NCBI GenBank assembly: GCA_902493795.1
Contig: CABUQZ010000005.1
Span: 384-64,383, forward strand
From: an uncultured Clostridium sp.
Lineage (GTDB): Bacteria; Bacillota_I; Bacilli_A; RF39; UBA660
Direction of reading: 5' to 3'
Length of the DNA: 64,000 bases
Under the pieces are notes generated by a model. That model was given only the letters and a program-made list of their open reading frames with translations. It was not told the origin of the DNA and made no database searches. Below, piece by piece: positions 28,450 through 38,348 of the stretch. The position numbers and the translations under genes are program-made. How positions within the stretch are numbered: position 1 is the first letter of the stretch; every line of letters starts with the position of its first letter.

Positions 28450-30648
28450 TTATTTTTTTAATCTTAGTGTGTTTAATATAACAGTTAAACTACTTAGTAC
28501 CATCGCAATACTAGCAAGCATTGGATTAATAGATATCCCAAATGGTTTCAATATTCCAATAGCAACAGGAATCATTAGAACATTATAGAAAAATGCCCAG
28601 AATAAATTCTGTTTGATATTTCTAATTGTTTTTTTACTTACTTCTATTAGTTTTACAATACTTTTTAAGTCGTTATTTGTTAATATTACGTCAGATGAGT
28701 CCATTGCAATTTCAGTTCCACTATTAACACTTACTCCAATATTAGATGATGCAAGAGCTGGACTATCATTAATTCCATCACCGCACATCATGACAAACTT
28801 GTTATTATCTCTTAATTTTTTTATAACATCTCTTTTTTCTTTAGGTAAAACATTTGAAATTACATTTTTAATTTGAATTTCTTTAGCAATTGTTGTAGCA
28901 GTTTCTTTATTATCTCCAGTTAACATTATTGTATCTATTTTCATATCGTTTAATGCTCTGATAACAGAAACTGTCTCACTTCTTATAACGTCATTAACGC
29001 CAACAAGCGCTAAAACTTTTTTATCTTCTACTACATAGATAACACTATTTCCAAGACTAGTAAGCTTTTTCTCATCATCCAAATATTTATTGGAAATCTT
29101 ATATTTTTTTAATATTTTAGAGTTACCTAATACTATTTCTTTACCATCAACACTTCCAACAAGTCCATATCCAGAAACATTTTCAAAATCATTAACATCA
29201 AGCGTCTTAATATTATTTTCTTTCATATAATTAGTAAACGCATTTGCAATTGGGTGTGTTGACTTAGATTCAACGCTTCCAGCAAGTTGCAAAACTTTAT
29301 TTTTGTCTATTGCACTATAATTTATAACTTCTGATATTTGTAACTTTCCATAAGTTAGAGTTCCTGTTTTGTCAAAAACAACAGTATCTATCTTTGAAGC
29401 ATTTTCTAATATTTCACTTTTTTTAATTAAAATACCATTTGTTGCACATACTCCTTCACTTACAATTATGGCAAGTGGTGTTGCAAGGCCTAAACTACAA
29501 GGACATGCAACCACAAGAACAGTAACAAATGTAACTAGAGCTTGTTCTAAACTATCTCCAAGAAGTAAATAAATAATGAAAGTTAAAACGGCAATAATTA
29601 TAACACTAGGTACAAAATAACTTGCAACTTTATCAGCTGTTTTGGCAATTGGAGCCTTAGTGCTAGTAGCTTCAACAACAAGCTTAACTATTTCTGATAC
29701 AGTTGATTCTTTTCCAATTCTAACGGCTCTATACTCGATATACCCATCGTAATTTAAACTACCTGCAATAACAGTATCTCCTACATTTTTTGAAACAGGC
29801 TTACTCTCACCAGTAATAAATGATTCATCTAAATGTGTTTTACCACTAACAATTTCACCATCAACTGCAACTTTTTCTCCAGCTTTTGATACAACAATAT
29901 CACCTTTTTTTATCTCATCGAGAGTAACTTCCTTAAGTTCATTATTTACTTTGATAACAGCTTTATTAGGTGTAATAGTAACAAGTTTTTGAATTGCTTC
30001 TTTCGTTTTATCTTTACTTATACCATCAATATATCTACCAAGTTTTACAAAGTAAATAACAGTAGCTGAAGACTCAAAGTATAAATTCATTATTAAAGAA
30101 GTATCACTTGTAAGTGCCAAATACATATTATATAAACTATAAAGAAAACTAGTAATAACCCCTATTCCTACTAAAGTATCCATATTAGGAGTTTTATGAA
30201 TAAGATTCTTATAACCATTTTTTAAAATATCAAATCCATAAATCATAAAAGCTAACGCTAATATAAGTAAAAACGCCATATAATTAACTGGATTTTCTTC
30301 TGGATCTAAGAAAGGAATAGTATAGAAATTAAACATATGTCCCATTGAAACATACATAAGTAAGATAACTATAATAGTAAAAACAATAAATTTAATTTTT
30401 TCCTCTTTACTTTTCTTTTCTAATTTTATTTCTTTAAACTCCCCTAAACTTTTAAAACCAGCATTTTCTACAAATTTTTCTAATCTTTCTTTATTAAGTA
30501 CTTTCTCATCATATTCTATCGATGCATTAGCCATAACCAAATTAACTACTGCACTTTTAATTCCTTCTTGCTTATTCAAATATTTTTCAAGTCCATTAGA
30601 GCAAGCAGAACAAGTCATCCCTTCAATAGATAAAATGATTTTTTTCAT
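28450..30648 (-). CDS. copA: Copper-translocating P1B-type ATPase
   Basis: N-terminal HMA motif GMTCSACSNGLEKYL, plus TM CPC (ACPCSLGLATP), DKTGTLT and GDGINDSPAL. Confidence 0.9.
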   Translation of the reverse strand: MKKIILSIEGMTCSACSNGLEKYLNKQEGIKSAVVNLVMANASIEYDEKVLNKERLEKFVENAGFKSLGEFKEIKLEKKSKEEKIKFIVFTIIVILLMYVSMGHMFNFYTIPFLDPEENPVNYMAFLLILALAFMIYGFDILKNGYKNLIHKTPNMDTLVGIGVITSFLYSLYNMYLALTSDTSLIMNLYFESSATVIYFVKLGRYIDGISKDKTKEAIQKLVTITPNKAVIKVNNELKEVTLDEIKKGDIVVSKAGEKVAVDGEIVSGKTHLDESFITGESKPVSKNVGDTVIAGSLNYDGYIEYRAVRIGKESTVSEIVKLVVEATSTKAPIAKTADKVASYFVPSVIIIAVLTFIIYLLLGDSLEQALVTFVTVLVVACPCSLGLATPLAIIVSEGVCATNGILIKKSEILENASKIDTVVFDKTGTLTYGKLQISEVINYSAIDKNKVLQLAGSVESKSTHPIANAFTNYMKENNIKTLDVNDFENVSGYGLVGSVDGKEIVLGNSKILKKYKISNKYLDDEKKLTSLGNSVIYVVEDKKVLALVGVNDVIRSETVSVIRALNDMKIDTIMLTGDNKETATTIAKEIQIKNVISNVLPKEKRDVIKKLRDNNKFVMMCGDGINDSPALASSNIGVSVNSGTEIAMDSSDVILTNNDLKSIVKLIEVSKKTIRNIKQNLFWAFFYNVLMIPVAIGILKPFGISINPMLASIAMVLSSLTVILNTLRLKK

Positions 30649-30651
30649 AAA

Positions 30652-30864
30652 TTAAGCTTCCTTTACAACTTCAAAATCAAGGTCTTCAATTTTTTCATAA
30701 ATAGTATTAATATCAACAAGAGAGTCCTTTTTTACTGTAACAAGTTCTTGCTTGTAATCAGCAGAAACCTCACTTACTCCATCGATAGTTTTAAGAGCGT
30801 TTATAACTCTATTTTCACATCCATTACATACCATACCTTTTACTTTAATTTTTAATGTATCCAT
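30652..30864 (-). CDS. copZ: Copper chaperone CopZ (HMA domain)
   Basis: 70 aa, with GMVCNGCENRV. Confidence 0.85.
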   Translation of the reverse strand: MDTLKIKVKGMVCNGCENRVINALKTIDGVSEVSADYKQELVTVKKDSLVDINTIYEKIEDLDFEVVKEA

Positions 30865-30879
30865 AATTTTCTTTCCCTC

Positions 30880-32742
30880 CTATTTTATTTGTAACTTTTT
30901 ATTTACATTTAATACTCTTAAAGCATTTAAAATTGCTATTACTGAAACTCCAACGTCTGCAAACACTGCTTCCCACATTGTTGAAATACCAAATACAGCA
31001 AGAATAAGAACAGCAATTTTTACTGAAATTGCAAAGATTATATTTTCTTTAACGATTCTCATTGTCTTATGTGATAGCTTAATTGCACTTACAATTTTTC
31101 TAGGTTCATCAGTCATAATGACAATATCAGAAGCTTCAATTGAACTATCTGCACCCAAGCCACCCATAGCAAAACCAATATCTGCTAAAGCCAAAACAGG
31201 AGCATCGTTAATTCCATCTCCTACAAAAGCTACTTTACTTTTTGAAGATTTATTATCAAGTAATTTTTGAACTATTGAAACCTTATCTTGTGGAAGTAAA
31301 TCAGTGTGCACTTCATCTATTTTTAAGCTTTCTGCAACACTTAATCCCACACTTTTACGATCTCCTGTAAGCATTACAGTTTTCTTAATATTATTTTCTT
31401 TTAATTCAAGAATTGTCTCTTTAGCGTCATCTTTAATTTCATCAGCTATTAAAATATATCCTTTATACTTATTATTTACTGCAACATATAATATCGTTCC
31501 AACATCATAGCACTTATCGAATTTGATATCATTTTCTTCCATTAACTTTTCATTTCCAACAAGAACATTATGCTTATTAATAGATGCTTTAACACCAAAT
31601 CCAGTTAACTCTTCTACGTTTTTTATCTTAGATTCATCAACATTATCATTATAGGTAGTTTTAATTGCAATTGCAATAGGATGGCTCGAATAGTTTTCTG
31701 CATATGCTGCATATTTTAACAATTCCTCTTTGCTAATACCAACTGGCTCTACTTTACAAACTGCAAACACACCTTTTGTAAGAGTTCCAGTTTTATCAAA
31801 AACGATAGTATCAACATTTGCTAAAGCTTCTAAATAGTTTCCACCCTTAATTAGAATACCCATCTTACTAGCACCACCAATACCTCCAAAGAAACTAAGT
31901 GGAATAGATATTACTAAAGCACAAGGACAAGAAACAACCAAAAATGATAAACCTCTATATATCCATGTTGAAAAGTTCTCATTAATAATAAGTGGAACAA
32001 TTAATGAAATAATTAAAGCTATAATAACAACTGTTGGAGTATAGTATCTTGCAAATTTAGTAATAAAGTTTTCGGATTTAGATTTTTTACTACTAGCACT
32101 TTCAACTAAATTTAAAATTTTACTTACAGTTGATTCTCCAAATTCTTTTGTAACTCTAATTTTAATTAATCCATTTAAGTTTATTGAGCCACTTAAAACC
32201 TCAAAAGAAGAAGAAACACATCTTGGCATTGTCTCACCTGTAAGAGATTTAGTATCAAGATTAGTACTTCCTTCTATTATAATACCATCCAAAGGAACTT
32301 TCTCTCCAGGCTTAACAACGATAATATCACCAACTTTAACTTTATTAGGATTAACTTTTTCTAAAGTATCATTAACGTAAACATTGGCATAATCAGGTCT
32401 AATATCCATTAAAGATGAAATAGATTTTCTTGACTTGTTAACTGCATAACTTTGGAATAGTTCTCCAACTTGATAAAAAAGCATAACAGCAACAGCTTCA
32501 GGAAACTCACCAATTCCAAAAGCTCCAATTGTAGCAACAGACATTAAAAAATTTTCATCAAATACTTTCCCTCTTAAAATATTTCTAAACGCTTTCTTTA
32601 ATATTTCAAATCCAACTATTATATAACTTATAATATATAAAGAATTATTTATCCAAATATTATCGAATTTGAAAATAAAAGAAACAAGAAACAATAAGAA
32701 AGAAATAATAATTTTAATTCCCTTTTTCTTCATAAAAATCAC
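30880..32742 (-). CDS. cadA: Heavy-metal (Cd/Zn/Co-type) P1B ATPase lacking its own HMA domain
   Basis: SCPCALVISIP, DKTGTLT and GDGINDAPVL. The start is either GTG at 32742 or ATG at 32733. Confidence 0.8.
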   Translation of the reverse strand: MIFMKKKGIKIIISFLLFLVSFIFKFDNIWINNSLYIISYIIVGFEILKKAFRNILRGKVFDENFLMSVATIGAFGIGEFPEAVAVMLFYQVGELFQSYAVNKSRKSISSLMDIRPDYANVYVNDTLEKVNPNKVKVGDIIVVKPGEKVPLDGIIIEGSTNLDTKSLTGETMPRCVSSSFEVLSGSINLNGLIKIRVTKEFGESTVSKILNLVESASSKKSKSENFITKFARYYTPTVVIIALIISLIVPLIINENFSTWIYRGLSFLVVSCPCALVISIPLSFFGGIGGASKMGILIKGGNYLEALANVDTIVFDKTGTLTKGVFAVCKVEPVGISKEELLKYAAYAENYSSHPIAIAIKTTYNDNVDESKIKNVEELTGFGVKASINKHNVLVGNEKLMEENDIKFDKCYDVGTILYVAVNNKYKGYILIADEIKDDAKETILELKENNIKKTVMLTGDRKSVGLSVAESLKIDEVHTDLLPQDKVSIVQKLLDNKSSKSKVAFVGDGINDAPVLALADIGFAMGGLGADSSIEASDIVIMTDEPRKIVSAIKLSHKTMRIVKENIIFAISVKIAVLILAVFGISTMWEAVFADVGVSVIAILNALRVLNVNKKLQIK

Positions 32743-32963
32743 TACATCTCTTCTACTACCACATCTGGTTCTTCATCTTTAATAACTTTTTTTACTTTTT
32801 TAATTATCTCATCACTCAAATTTTCATCGTACTCTAAATACAATGTCTGCATCATAAAGTTAATATTAACTTCTTTTACTCCCTCTATTTTTGATATTTC
32901 TTCTTCAAGAACTCTAGCGCAATTAGCACAGTCAAGTCCTTCTATTTTAAAATTTTTAGTCAT
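32742..32963 (-). CDS. Stand-alone HMA metal-binding protein
   Basis: MTKNFKIEGLDCANCARVLEEEISKIEGV. The start overlaps the cadC stop (ATGACTAA). Confidence 0.75.
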   Translation of the reverse strand: MTKNFKIEGLDCANCARVLEEEISKIEGVKEVNINFMMQTLYLEYDENLSDEIIKKVKKVIKDEEPDVVVEEM

Positions 32964-33336
32964 TTTCTTCATTCCTTTCCTTATGTTCAATATGTTGAAT
33001 TCCAATTTCAATTACTTCTTTAACATGATCATCATCAAGCATATAGTAAACTTCTTTTCCTTTTTTCCTACATCTTACAATACCACTTCTTCTTAATGTA
33101 CCTAACTGATGTGATATAGATGATTTACTCATACTTAGAACATTTGCAATATCACATACGCACATCTCACATTTATCTAAAGCATATAAAATCTTCATTC
33201 TTGTCGTATCCCCTAATATCTTATAAAAATCAGCCATTTTATAAAACAAATCATCAACAAGCATTTCTTTTGCCATTTTATCTACTATATCTTGATGTAT
33301 AACATTACAATCACATATAAATTCATTCTTAGACAA
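32956..33336 (-). CDS. cadC: ArsR/SmtB-family metalloregulator, CadC-like
   Basis: N-terminal Cys pair (FICDCNV), plus CEMCVCDIANVLSMSKSSISHQLGTLR. It uses a TTG start after AAGGAGG. Confidence 0.8.
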   Translation of the reverse strand: MSKNEFICDCNVIHQDIVDKMAKEMLVDDLFYKMADFYKILGDTTRMKILYALDKCEMCVCDIANVLSMSKSSISHQLGTLRRSGIVRCRKKGKEVYYMLDDDHVKEVIEIGIQHIEHKERNEEND

Positions 33337-33374
33337 TTAAATACCTCCTTATCATTGATTATTTATGTCATCAG

Positions 33375-33390
33375 TTGAATAAATATTCAA
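33375..33390. promoter_or_regulatory. Candidate CadC operator (inverted repeat TTGAATA-aa-TATTCAA)
   Basis: A 7-2-7 palindrome lies 13-28 nt downstream of the -10 element. It resembles the TGAA...TTCA cores of ArsR/SmtB operators. A half-site-like TTGAATA also lies in the promoter spacer. Confidence 0.45.
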
Positions 33391-33402
33391 CCTACATATA
33401 TA

Positions 33403-33432
33403 ATGATAGTTGAATACATACTCATTTGTCAA
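33403..33432 (-). promoter_or_regulatory. Sigma-A-type promoter of the cadC operon
   Basis: The minus strand reads TTGACA, an 18-nt spacer, then TATCAT. Confidence 0.55.
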
Positions 33433-33490
33433 TAAAAAAATTAAGATTAAAAAGATAAAAAAGAAAAACAATAATTTCCTATTATCAAAG

Positions 33491-35053
33491 TTATTTTTTT
33501 CTATTATTACGTAATGTCAACTTTTTTACATCACTAATTTTTTGCTCATGATTTTCTAAAGGATTATAATTAGGATCATATCTTTTTAAATTTTTAATTA
33601 AATCATCTATAGAGGTTAACATAACAATTTCTTTTTTGAAAATAATTGATAAATAATTAGCATAGCATATTAAATCTTTAGAACCACCAGCCTTAAGATA
33701 TTCATCAATAAAACATTTCAACTCTTTGTCTGAAATATCAATTCCATACATCATAGGAATATCTATATCTCTTTCAAAGTCTTCAGCAAACAAAAATGCT
33801 CTGCGAGCTCCTACTCTTCCGCTTTCAATTAGTCTATACATTACACAATTAAGAATTTCATTTTTAAAATAAGTTTTTTTATCTATACTATCTATTAAAT
33901 TATTAAGTTCACAAGAACAAGATGAATCAACCTTTCTATCTTTAAAAAGTTCGACAACATCTTTAATATGCATACCAATTAGTTCTTCATCTTTTACTTT
34001 AAAATTAGTATAAGTAAAGACATATTCTGAGTTTTCAACAATCCCATCACTATTCAAGTGCAAATGAGCACAATTATCATGATCCAAATAAAATAAATTC
34101 GGATATTTAAAATCATCAAGAAAAGACTTTTCATCAAAATTTAAACATTCAAAAAATTTATTATAATCAAAAGAATAAATATTAGAAGAAAAATTATTAT
34201 AATTTTCATCATCAGCATTGTCGTGATTAAATAACCTAATAACTTCCTCATCTGGAAATCTAAACTCATACCATGCTGCCATTTTCTCTATAAAATTACG
34301 TATTTTTCTAACTTCAACTAATTGTTGATAATGTTTAGAGTCATCACGAAAATAAGAAGATTTAATCATATTTTTACTGTACCATTTTAAAAATTCCTCA
34401 ATTTTTTCATCCAAATCAACAGGAGATGCAATCATTTTGCTTTCATCATTTTTAAGATAACCTTTTAATAGAGTTTCTTTTAAAATATTAAAATCATTTT
34501 CATTCTTATTTGCTAAATCTGGGCGTCCTAAATTATGGTTAGCGTTAACAAGATCTCTTATATCATCATAACAAAATCTAATACCATAATCTCTTTTTAT
34601 TTGTTCCATAATAGACAAAACTGAATTAATACTATTGTCTTTTAATTCATCCATCTTATTATTTAAAGCTTCATTTGTTAGATCAATACCATACCCTAGA
34701 ATATGCATTCTACCTTTATCTGTTTTAGAAGATAATTCAATACCATCAATAATTTCTATCCCACTATCAAGAATTAAGTCACTATTTTTATCTATTGATT
34801 TAACCCCTGAAATAGTATCATGATCAGTAATGGCAAGTGTACCTATCCTTTTGTCAATAGCAAGTCTTATAAGTTCTTCACAAGATAACTCACCATCAGA
34901 ACAATCTGTATGAGTATGCATATCAATTATTTTATCACTATTCCTATATGGATTAATCACATTATCAAAATAAAGTTTTTTTAACCCTTCTAGCATTATG
35001 TTATTTTCTCTTTCTTCCATTTCATGATAAATTTCACAAATACTTTTTCCCAT
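33491..35053 (-). CDS. PHP-domain phosphoesterase N-terminal half fused to a ~330-aa unrecognised C-terminal region
   Basis: IDMHTHTDCSDGELS...LAITDHDTISG...GIELS...RMHILGY...LGRPDLA are PHP (TrpH/YcdX-like) motifs. The sequence after about residue 190 matches nothing I recognise. Confidence 0.65.
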   Translation of the reverse strand: MGKSICEIYHEMEERENNIMLEGLKKLYFDNVINPYRNSDKIIDMHTHTDCSDGELSCEELIRLAIDKRIGTLAITDHDTISGVKSIDKNSDLILDSGIEIIDGIELSSKTDKGRMHILGYGIDLTNEALNNKMDELKDNSINSVLSIMEQIKRDYGIRFCYDDIRDLVNANHNLGRPDLANKNENDFNILKETLLKGYLKNDESKMIASPVDLDEKIEEFLKWYSKNMIKSSYFRDDSKHYQQLVEVRKIRNFIEKMAAWYEFRFPDEEVIRLFNHDNADDENYNNFSSNIYSFDYNKFFECLNFDEKSFLDDFKYPNLFYLDHDNCAHLHLNSDGIVENSEYVFTYTNFKVKDEELIGMHIKDVVELFKDRKVDSSCSCELNNLIDSIDKKTYFKNEILNCVMYRLIESGRVGARRAFLFAEDFERDIDIPMMYGIDISDKELKCFIDEYLKAGGSKDLICYANYLSIIFKKEIVMLTSIDDLIKNLKRYDPNYNPLENHEQKISDVKKLTLRNNRKK

Positions 35054-35305
35054 AATTAAAACTTAATCGTATATATTCACACAAAGTAATAAAATGACTA
35101 TATACTTACTCCTCTATCTATCTATATTATATTAAGAAAAATAACATAATTAAAATACATATCATTTATATTTGTCATAACAAATAATTATCATAAAAAA
35201 TAGTACAAAAATGAATGAAATTAAAAAGTTAAACTTATTATTTTAGTAACCAAACAAAAAAGAGATAGTACACTAATATAATAAGTGTTAACCACCTCTT
35301 ATTCT

Positions 35306-35971
35306 CTAATTATTTGTCTTTTTTATTTTGGCTAATTTTCTTTGATTATTTACTCGTCTATATTCCTCTTCTACCTTATCAGCATCACATCTTAAAAAAC
35401 AAGCTTCCTGTCTATAATGATCATAGCATTCTCCAGTTTTTTCTTCTAGCTCATCAGCTTTAGCCTCTAATTTTTCTCCTTTTTCAAATATATATAATGC
35501 TCTTAATGATTCGAAACCTCTCATATTTCTATTTAATCTCATAGCGTCATTCAAATACTGTTTAATATATTTTGGTCTTTCTACTTCTTCTGTTTGAAAA
35601 TCATTTGCTTTAGCTTCTGGAACTTTTTTACCTAGCAAAAGCTCAAGCCATGCAGCAATAATATGTCTATGACAAAATTGTGTGTTAGGTTCATAACATA
35701 GTAATACAGAATTATCAAGTTCACTATATACTTTTTCAGGATCTAATTTTGATAACACTTGATTCCAATATTCTTGAACATAATATCTATTATTTTCTTC
35801 TTCACTTATTTTTCCAATATTAACATGCCATGTTTTCCAAAATGATAATTTAGGTGCTAACTGAGGGTAACATTTCCCTTGATAATTTGCATCATCTCCC
35901 CTATCTCCAGAAACAGAATAGGTAGTGTACTTGTCTGACTGCCAATCATTATAACTACTTGTACAAATCAT
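35306..35971 (-). CDS. DUF488-family protein with a ~100-aa charged C-terminal extension
   Basis: MICTSSYNDW...YPQLAPKLSFWKTW...VLLCYEPNTQFCHRHIIAAWLE matches the remembered DUF488 pattern (LLC.E....CHR). The start is set to the ATG after AGGAGG; the ORF-track GTG is at 35992. Confidence 0.65.
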   Translation of the reverse strand: MICTSSYNDWQSDKYTTYSVSGDRGDDANYQGKCYPQLAPKLSFWKTWHVNIGKISEEENNRYYVQEYWNQVLSKLDPEKVYSELDNSVLLCYEPNTQFCHRHIIAAWLELLLGKKVPEAKANDFQTEEVERPKYIKQYLNDAMRLNRNMRGFESLRALYIFEKGEKLEAKADELEEKTGECYDHYRQEACFLRCDADKVEEEYRRVNNQRKLAKIKKTNN

Positions 35972-36061
35972 ATTTTTCCTCCTAAACTTCACCCTTTTAT
36001 TCCCTTGATAAGTATTTATTATAATACATTTTAATCTATTTTTATATATAAATTAAAAAAA

Positions 36062-36090
36062 TTGAATGATAAAAATAGAAATGCTATAAT
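36062..36090 (+). promoter_or_regulatory. Sigma-A-type promoter for the 311-aa orphan gene
   Basis: TTGAAT, a 17-nt spacer, then TATAAT. The ORF-track start (TTG at 36062) is this -35 box. Confidence 0.5.
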
Positions 36091-36118
36091 ACTAGGTATT
36101 ATTAAGGAGGTTTTTATA

Positions 36119-37054
36119 ATGAACAAAACATATTTGACACTTGAACAAAATATTTGTGCCGCTAGAATATTTTTAAACACTTTTGGACTTACTTTAGAAA
36201 ACGTTGACGAAGTAAATGAATTTTCAAAAATAAAAATATTTGATAAAGCTTTAAATGAAATTGGAGAATTGCATTTTAATAATGGTAAAGTTATAATGTC
36301 AGTAAACTATAACAATAGTGTGTTAAATGCAAGTTTTGATATAGCGAAAATGTTAGAAATAATTGATCCAGAGTGTAAAAGTGCTGCATATGCTTTATTT
36401 GGAGAATGGTCTAGCAAAATTGATTTCAAATTAAAAGAACAAAATGGTATAAAATTATCAGGTGAATTTCTTATAATAAGTTCTATAGATACCGAATTTG
36501 GGGTATCTTGTCTATGTCATCCTTTAATAAATTGTGAGGTTCCTGGAAAAGGAAATATTATTTTGAAAATACTAAGAGATGGAAGTTTATTTAAACTAGA
36601 AATTGTTGCAGGAGAAAATTACGAAACAATAAATGTAAGACCTTATGATTCTTTAAATGGTTTCCTTCTTCATGATATAAGAAAAGGAAAATATGATGAA
36701 AAAAAATATGCTTATCCTTACAGAAGATATGCTGGAATTTTTAATGGCGCTGAAACAGGAGAAAATAAAGATAAATTACATGTATTCTTAAATGAAGAGG
36801 AAGACAATAATCAATTAAATTTTAGAAGTGAATTTATCCCGAAAGTCAAAAGTGAAAACTCTAAAGAGAATTTATTACAAAAAGGAAGACTGATGCAAGA
36901 ATTAGATCCTGATATGTTTGAAAAAATTAAAAAATTAAGAGAATTATTATTAATTGGTGATGTCTCCTTATTAGATAATCTAATTAGTGTATGTTATGAT
37001 ATTCACACTGATGAAGAATTAAATGCTTTATTGGGTATAAAAGACGAAGAATGA
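36119..37054 (+). CDS. Hypothetical protein (311 aa), no recognised domain
   Basis: The ATG is preceded by AAGGAGG. It is one of only three plus-strand CDS. No TM helix. Confidence 0.65.
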   Translation: MNKTYLTLEQNICAARIFLNTFGLTLENVDEVNEFSKIKIFDKALNEIGELHFNNGKVIMSVNYNNSVLNASFDIAKMLEIIDPECKSAAYALFGEWSSKIDFKLKEQNGIKLSGEFLIISSIDTEFGVSCLCHPLINCEVPGKGNIILKILRDGSLFKLEIVAGENYETINVRPYDSLNGFLLHDIRKGKYDEKKYAYPYRRYAGIFNGAETGENKDKLHVFLNEEEDNNQLNFRSEFIPKVKSENSKENLLQKGRLMQELDPDMFEKIKKLRELLLIGDVSLLDNLISVCYDIHTDEELNALLGIKDEE

Positions 37055-37287
37055 ATTATCAAAATGGTGTGGAAGGTCTAGTTAATTCTTATTTTGAGAT
37101 CGACACAAGTAATTGTTTCTTCCCTTTGGAAGCTCAAAAAAGACTACTAAAGAAAAACAATTAATAATTAAAAAGATTTTAAGATAAATACATTCCTTTT
37201 AAAAAAAGAATCTTACATAATTGTCGTAAATAAAAAATAGACATCAAAAAAATATATGATATTGTAATAATAAAGGAGGATTTTAGG

Positions 37288-37878
37288 ATGAATTATTCCC
37301 AAGAAGATATAAATCAAATTCTATTAACAAAGAAAATAGAAGATTTCAATTTAGCAATAATAGAACACAGAAAAGATATTCTAACAAATGAAGAATATGA
37401 AAAAATCACAGGAAGTGATATTACTTATACAGGAGTTTCAAAAGAAGAAATAGATAGTATATCAAAAAAATATCAAGATAATGAAAAATTAAAGAATCGA
37501 GCTTCAGATTTTATGAGACTAATTTATAGTCTAGGAAGAATAAGACGAATGGTTTTATTAACAACAATTGGAGATGAAGTTTATGATATATTAAACTCTG
37601 AATTTGTTGATTTAAAAAGAAATAAAATTATTTGCTATGAGAATCTAACAAATTATTACGATGATACAAATGCTAGAACAAAACTTTTCACTCCAGAAGA
37701 AGAACCACAATTAAAAGAAAAACTTGTTTTATTAGATGCTGATGATCCATCAAGAATTCAAGGATTTGAAACAAACCATATTAATCAAAAAGAAAATAAA
37801 GATTTAACAAGAAGTTTCCTTTCTAATCTAAGAGAAAATCAAAATAGATTATTAAAAACAAGAAAATTTAAAAAGTAA
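37288..37878 (+). CDS. Hypothetical protein (196 aa), no recognised domain
   Basis: The ATG is preceded by AAAGGAGGA, and a terminator follows. The protein is charged and helical-looking. Confidence 0.65.
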   Translation: MNYSQEDINQILLTKKIEDFNLAIIEHRKDILTNEEYEKITGSDITYTGVSKEEIDSISKKYQDNEKLKNRASDFMRLIYSLGRIRRMVLLTTIGDEVYDILNSEFVDLKRNKIICYENLTNYYDDTNARTKLFTPEEEPQLKEKLVLLDADDPSRIQGFETNHINQKENKDLTRSFLSNLRENQNRLLKTRKFKK

Positions 37879-37941
37879 GAACAATAAAACCAAATTGCAC
37901 TGATCAGAATAAATAAAAGATGTAATAAAAAAAAGTTAGAG

Positions 37942-37970
37942 TACACCTCCATTTGGAAGTGTATTTTTTT
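37942..37970 (+). terminator. Rho-independent terminator after the 196-aa gene
   Basis: TACACCTCC-ATTT-GGAAGTGTA (one C.A mismatch) followed by TTTTTTT. Confidence 0.6.
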
Positions 37971-38348
37971 ATGTAAGTTCTTAAAATTCTTGATTTAAAA
38001 AATCAATAAAAAATTATTAGAATGGAATGATTTTCTATATTTGTTTTAATTTAACGATTTAATATATTCTTCTAAATCTTTGATTGGAATACATTTACTT
38101 AAGTTTTTCAATATAAAAATTCGGTTCATAATTAAATGCTAAATAAGTAACTCCTTTTATGATAATTCTATGAGGCTCTACATAAGAGATATTTGTATGT
38201 TCTATCGCTCTAACACTTCCATTATGAATTGTTGGTGTAGTATTACAAAAGCTACAAATAAACTCGGTTTTATTTTTTGAAGCTATTTCCATTTCAATTT
38301 CTTGTTTAATAATATTAACAATTAAAGAATCTCCTCACATTCTTTTAG

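Noticed and set aside
36062-36118. The N-terminal 19-aa extension of the 330-aa ORF-track entry (start TTG at 36062).
   Set aside because: The TTG is the -35 box of a TTGAAT-17-TATAAT promoter. The ATG at 36119 has a perfect AAGGAGG RBS.
37055-37287. The 233-bp gap between the two plus-strand orphan genes, examined for an ncRNA, riboswitch or terminator (CTTCC-CTTT-GGAAG hairpin near 37130).
   Set aside because: I found only a 5-bp hairpin without a T-run, and no conserved-looking structure I can recognise. It is probably just the promoter region of the second gene.
38095-38292. A 65-aa minus-strand ORF downstream of the tRNA terminator (MEIASKNKTEFICSFCNTT...).
   Set aside because: There is no RBS within range of the ATG; the nearest GAGGAG is about 40 nt upstream and is followed in frame by a stop. 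There is no recognisable motif, and it sits between two terminators. It could be a real small protein, but I cannot support it.
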